A stretch of DNA of 63,329 nucleotides, filler included, from Octopus bimaculoides (Eukaryota): NCBI RefSeq assembly GCF_001194135.2. It is 4 parts of 4 records of this genome, joined end to end, with 100 filler letters (N's around TTAATTAATTAA, not from the genome) between each part and the next. Parts side by side here need not be neighbours in the genome. Positions count along the whole stretch, not along the records: positions 62,010 to 63,329 come from NW_026302505.1; 3 more parts are not named here. One strand, 5' to 3'. Shown one piece after another: positions 62,010-63,329 of this stretch (the first letter of the stretch is position 1; each line of letters starts with the position of its first letter). The notes under the pieces were generated by a model. That model had not been told where the DNA came from, did no database searches, and saw only the letters and a list, made by a program, of their open reading frames with translations. The position numbers and the translations under genes were made by a program.

Positions 62010-63329
62010 TGAGGATGACTCAATTATTAAAAACAAAAGCAACTTCATACCTTCCAAAGCAAGAAATAAAGCACTCAACGATTTTGCAACCACATCCAGA
62101 GTTTCCTTTTTACCCCACCCAAAACCAAGGTCAAATCAAACTTTAATAGCAAAGAATGGAAAAACCTAAGAAACTTACAACAGGACAAAAGCCTTACTAT
62201 CAAAAAAGCTGACAAAGGTAGTACTGTAGTCCTAATAGACACAGATTTTTACAAACACCTGGTATTCTCCTTACTACACGACAACTCTTTCTATGAAATT
62301 ACCACTAACTATAAACAGCAAAAAACACTCAAAAACCTCACCACCCTTATACTCCAGCATGGTCAAGGACTCACGGACAAAGAAAAGGATTATATCATTA
62401 ATTTCAAATGCAAGCCCAGCCTNNNNNNNNNNAGGATTATATCATTAATTTCAAATGCAAGCCCAGCCTCTTCTATGGCCTCCCTAAAATCCATAAAAAC
62501 AAATCCATCACCGAAGCCTGCAAACTCTTCTCTGAAATCTACATCAACATCAAAGCACCGGAAGATTTAAACTAAGACCCATTATAGCAGGCACCTCCTG
62601 CGAAGCACACCGCTTAAGCAATTTCCTGGACATCCTTTTGAAACTTTTCCTAAGTCACATCAAAAGTTTCATTAGAGATGATCTTGACATGCTCAAGCAC
62701 CTCCCGAAAACAACAAACGAGGAGGCACTCTTGGTTTCTTTTGATGTGATCAACCTTTATACAAACATCCCTCATGAATATGCTAATGAGGCAATTAAAT
62801 TCTGGTTGGAGAAACACCCAGAAGCGTTTCCTAATCGCATCAGCACAACCTTCATTATAGAATCACTTAAGTTCATTCTGACCAATATTTACTTCCTGTT
62901 TGCAAACACATACTATCGCCAAAAATGTGGTATCGGGATGGGTACCAAAGCTGCACCAGTCCTTGCGAAACTCATAATGGTTTTTTTTTGAATTATCACT
63001 ATATGAGATCTCACACCAGAAATTTGGGCACCTTTTCCACATCTACTTAATGGAAAACTGGAAAAGATACTTGGATGATTGTTTCATCATTTGGAAGGAA
63101 TCCTATGAAAAACTTCTAGAATTCGAAACCATACTTAACAGCATACATCCCAGCATTCAATTCACTATGGAATTCAGCAAACATTATCTCCCTTTTCTTG
63201 ATCTCTAATTATGAAATCACCTAATAACCAAATCACAACCGACATCTACCACAAACCCACAGATTCACAACAATACCTATTTAGCTCATGCCACCCAAAA
63301 CACACCAAGATAAATATCCCCTTCAATTT
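62010..63329 (+). mobile_element. Penelope-like element reverse transcriptase, frameshifted, runs off window end
   Basis: Across frames: IKKADKGSTVV, YGLPKIHK, RPIIAG, LLVSFDVINLYTNIPH, YYRQKCGIGMGTKAAPVLA, WKRYLDDCFIIW (YLDD at 63068-63079), IHPSIQFTME, PFLD, TDIYHKPTDSQQYL...SCHPKHTKINIPF. This is the typical PLE RT motif order. Frameshifts near 62575 and 62985, and a stop near 63205. Confidence 0.93.

Larger units (their letters stand above)
13482..63329 (+). other. Probable large intron 1 of MAGI (exon 2 not seen in window)
   Basis: Strong GTAAGT donor at 13482. I found no downstream sequence encoding the expected next segment (KDLR..L..RFQKGS.DH.LQ..IRDNLY). Several N gaps could hide it. 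Confidence 0.6.

Noticed and set aside
62382-62470. Internal duplication in the Penelope ORF
   Set aside because: Straddles a 10-N gap; assembly artefact rather than a real tandem duplication.

Overview
AT-rich, repeat-dense animal genomic DNA from a gapped scaffold. The tRNA-derived SINE repertoire and microsatellite load look like an octopod cephalopod (Octopus); this is my inference, not a database result. One host gene is recognisable: the first coding exon (13019-13481, +) of a MAGI-family scaffold (N-terminal PDZ0), ending in a phase-1 GT donor. I see no further MAGI exon, so the remaining ~50 kb is probably intron 1. The rest is SINEs of about five families, decayed LINE fragments (RTE, L1/Tx1, CR1-like, HERO/R2-like), Tc1/mariner relics, a Penelope-like RT running off the right end, microsatellites and assembly gaps. 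The most notable signal is a set of hidden type I hammerhead-ribozyme motifs in four unrelated repeat contexts: (i) a diverged tandem pair 330 nt apart (27840-28221, +), resembling a non-LTR retrozyme dimer; (ii) one at the centre of a ~390-bp palindrome (4482-4524, -); (iii) one (34107-34157, -) in a dispersed repeat whose landmarks imply a circularly permuted 288-nt unit; (iv) a minimal one (59661-59720, +) upstream of the Penelope element. Also present are a cryptic ~55-bp hairpin-unit tandem array (620-2135) and several long intronic fold-backs. Structures were paired by eye, none has been tested, and repeat boundaries are approximate.
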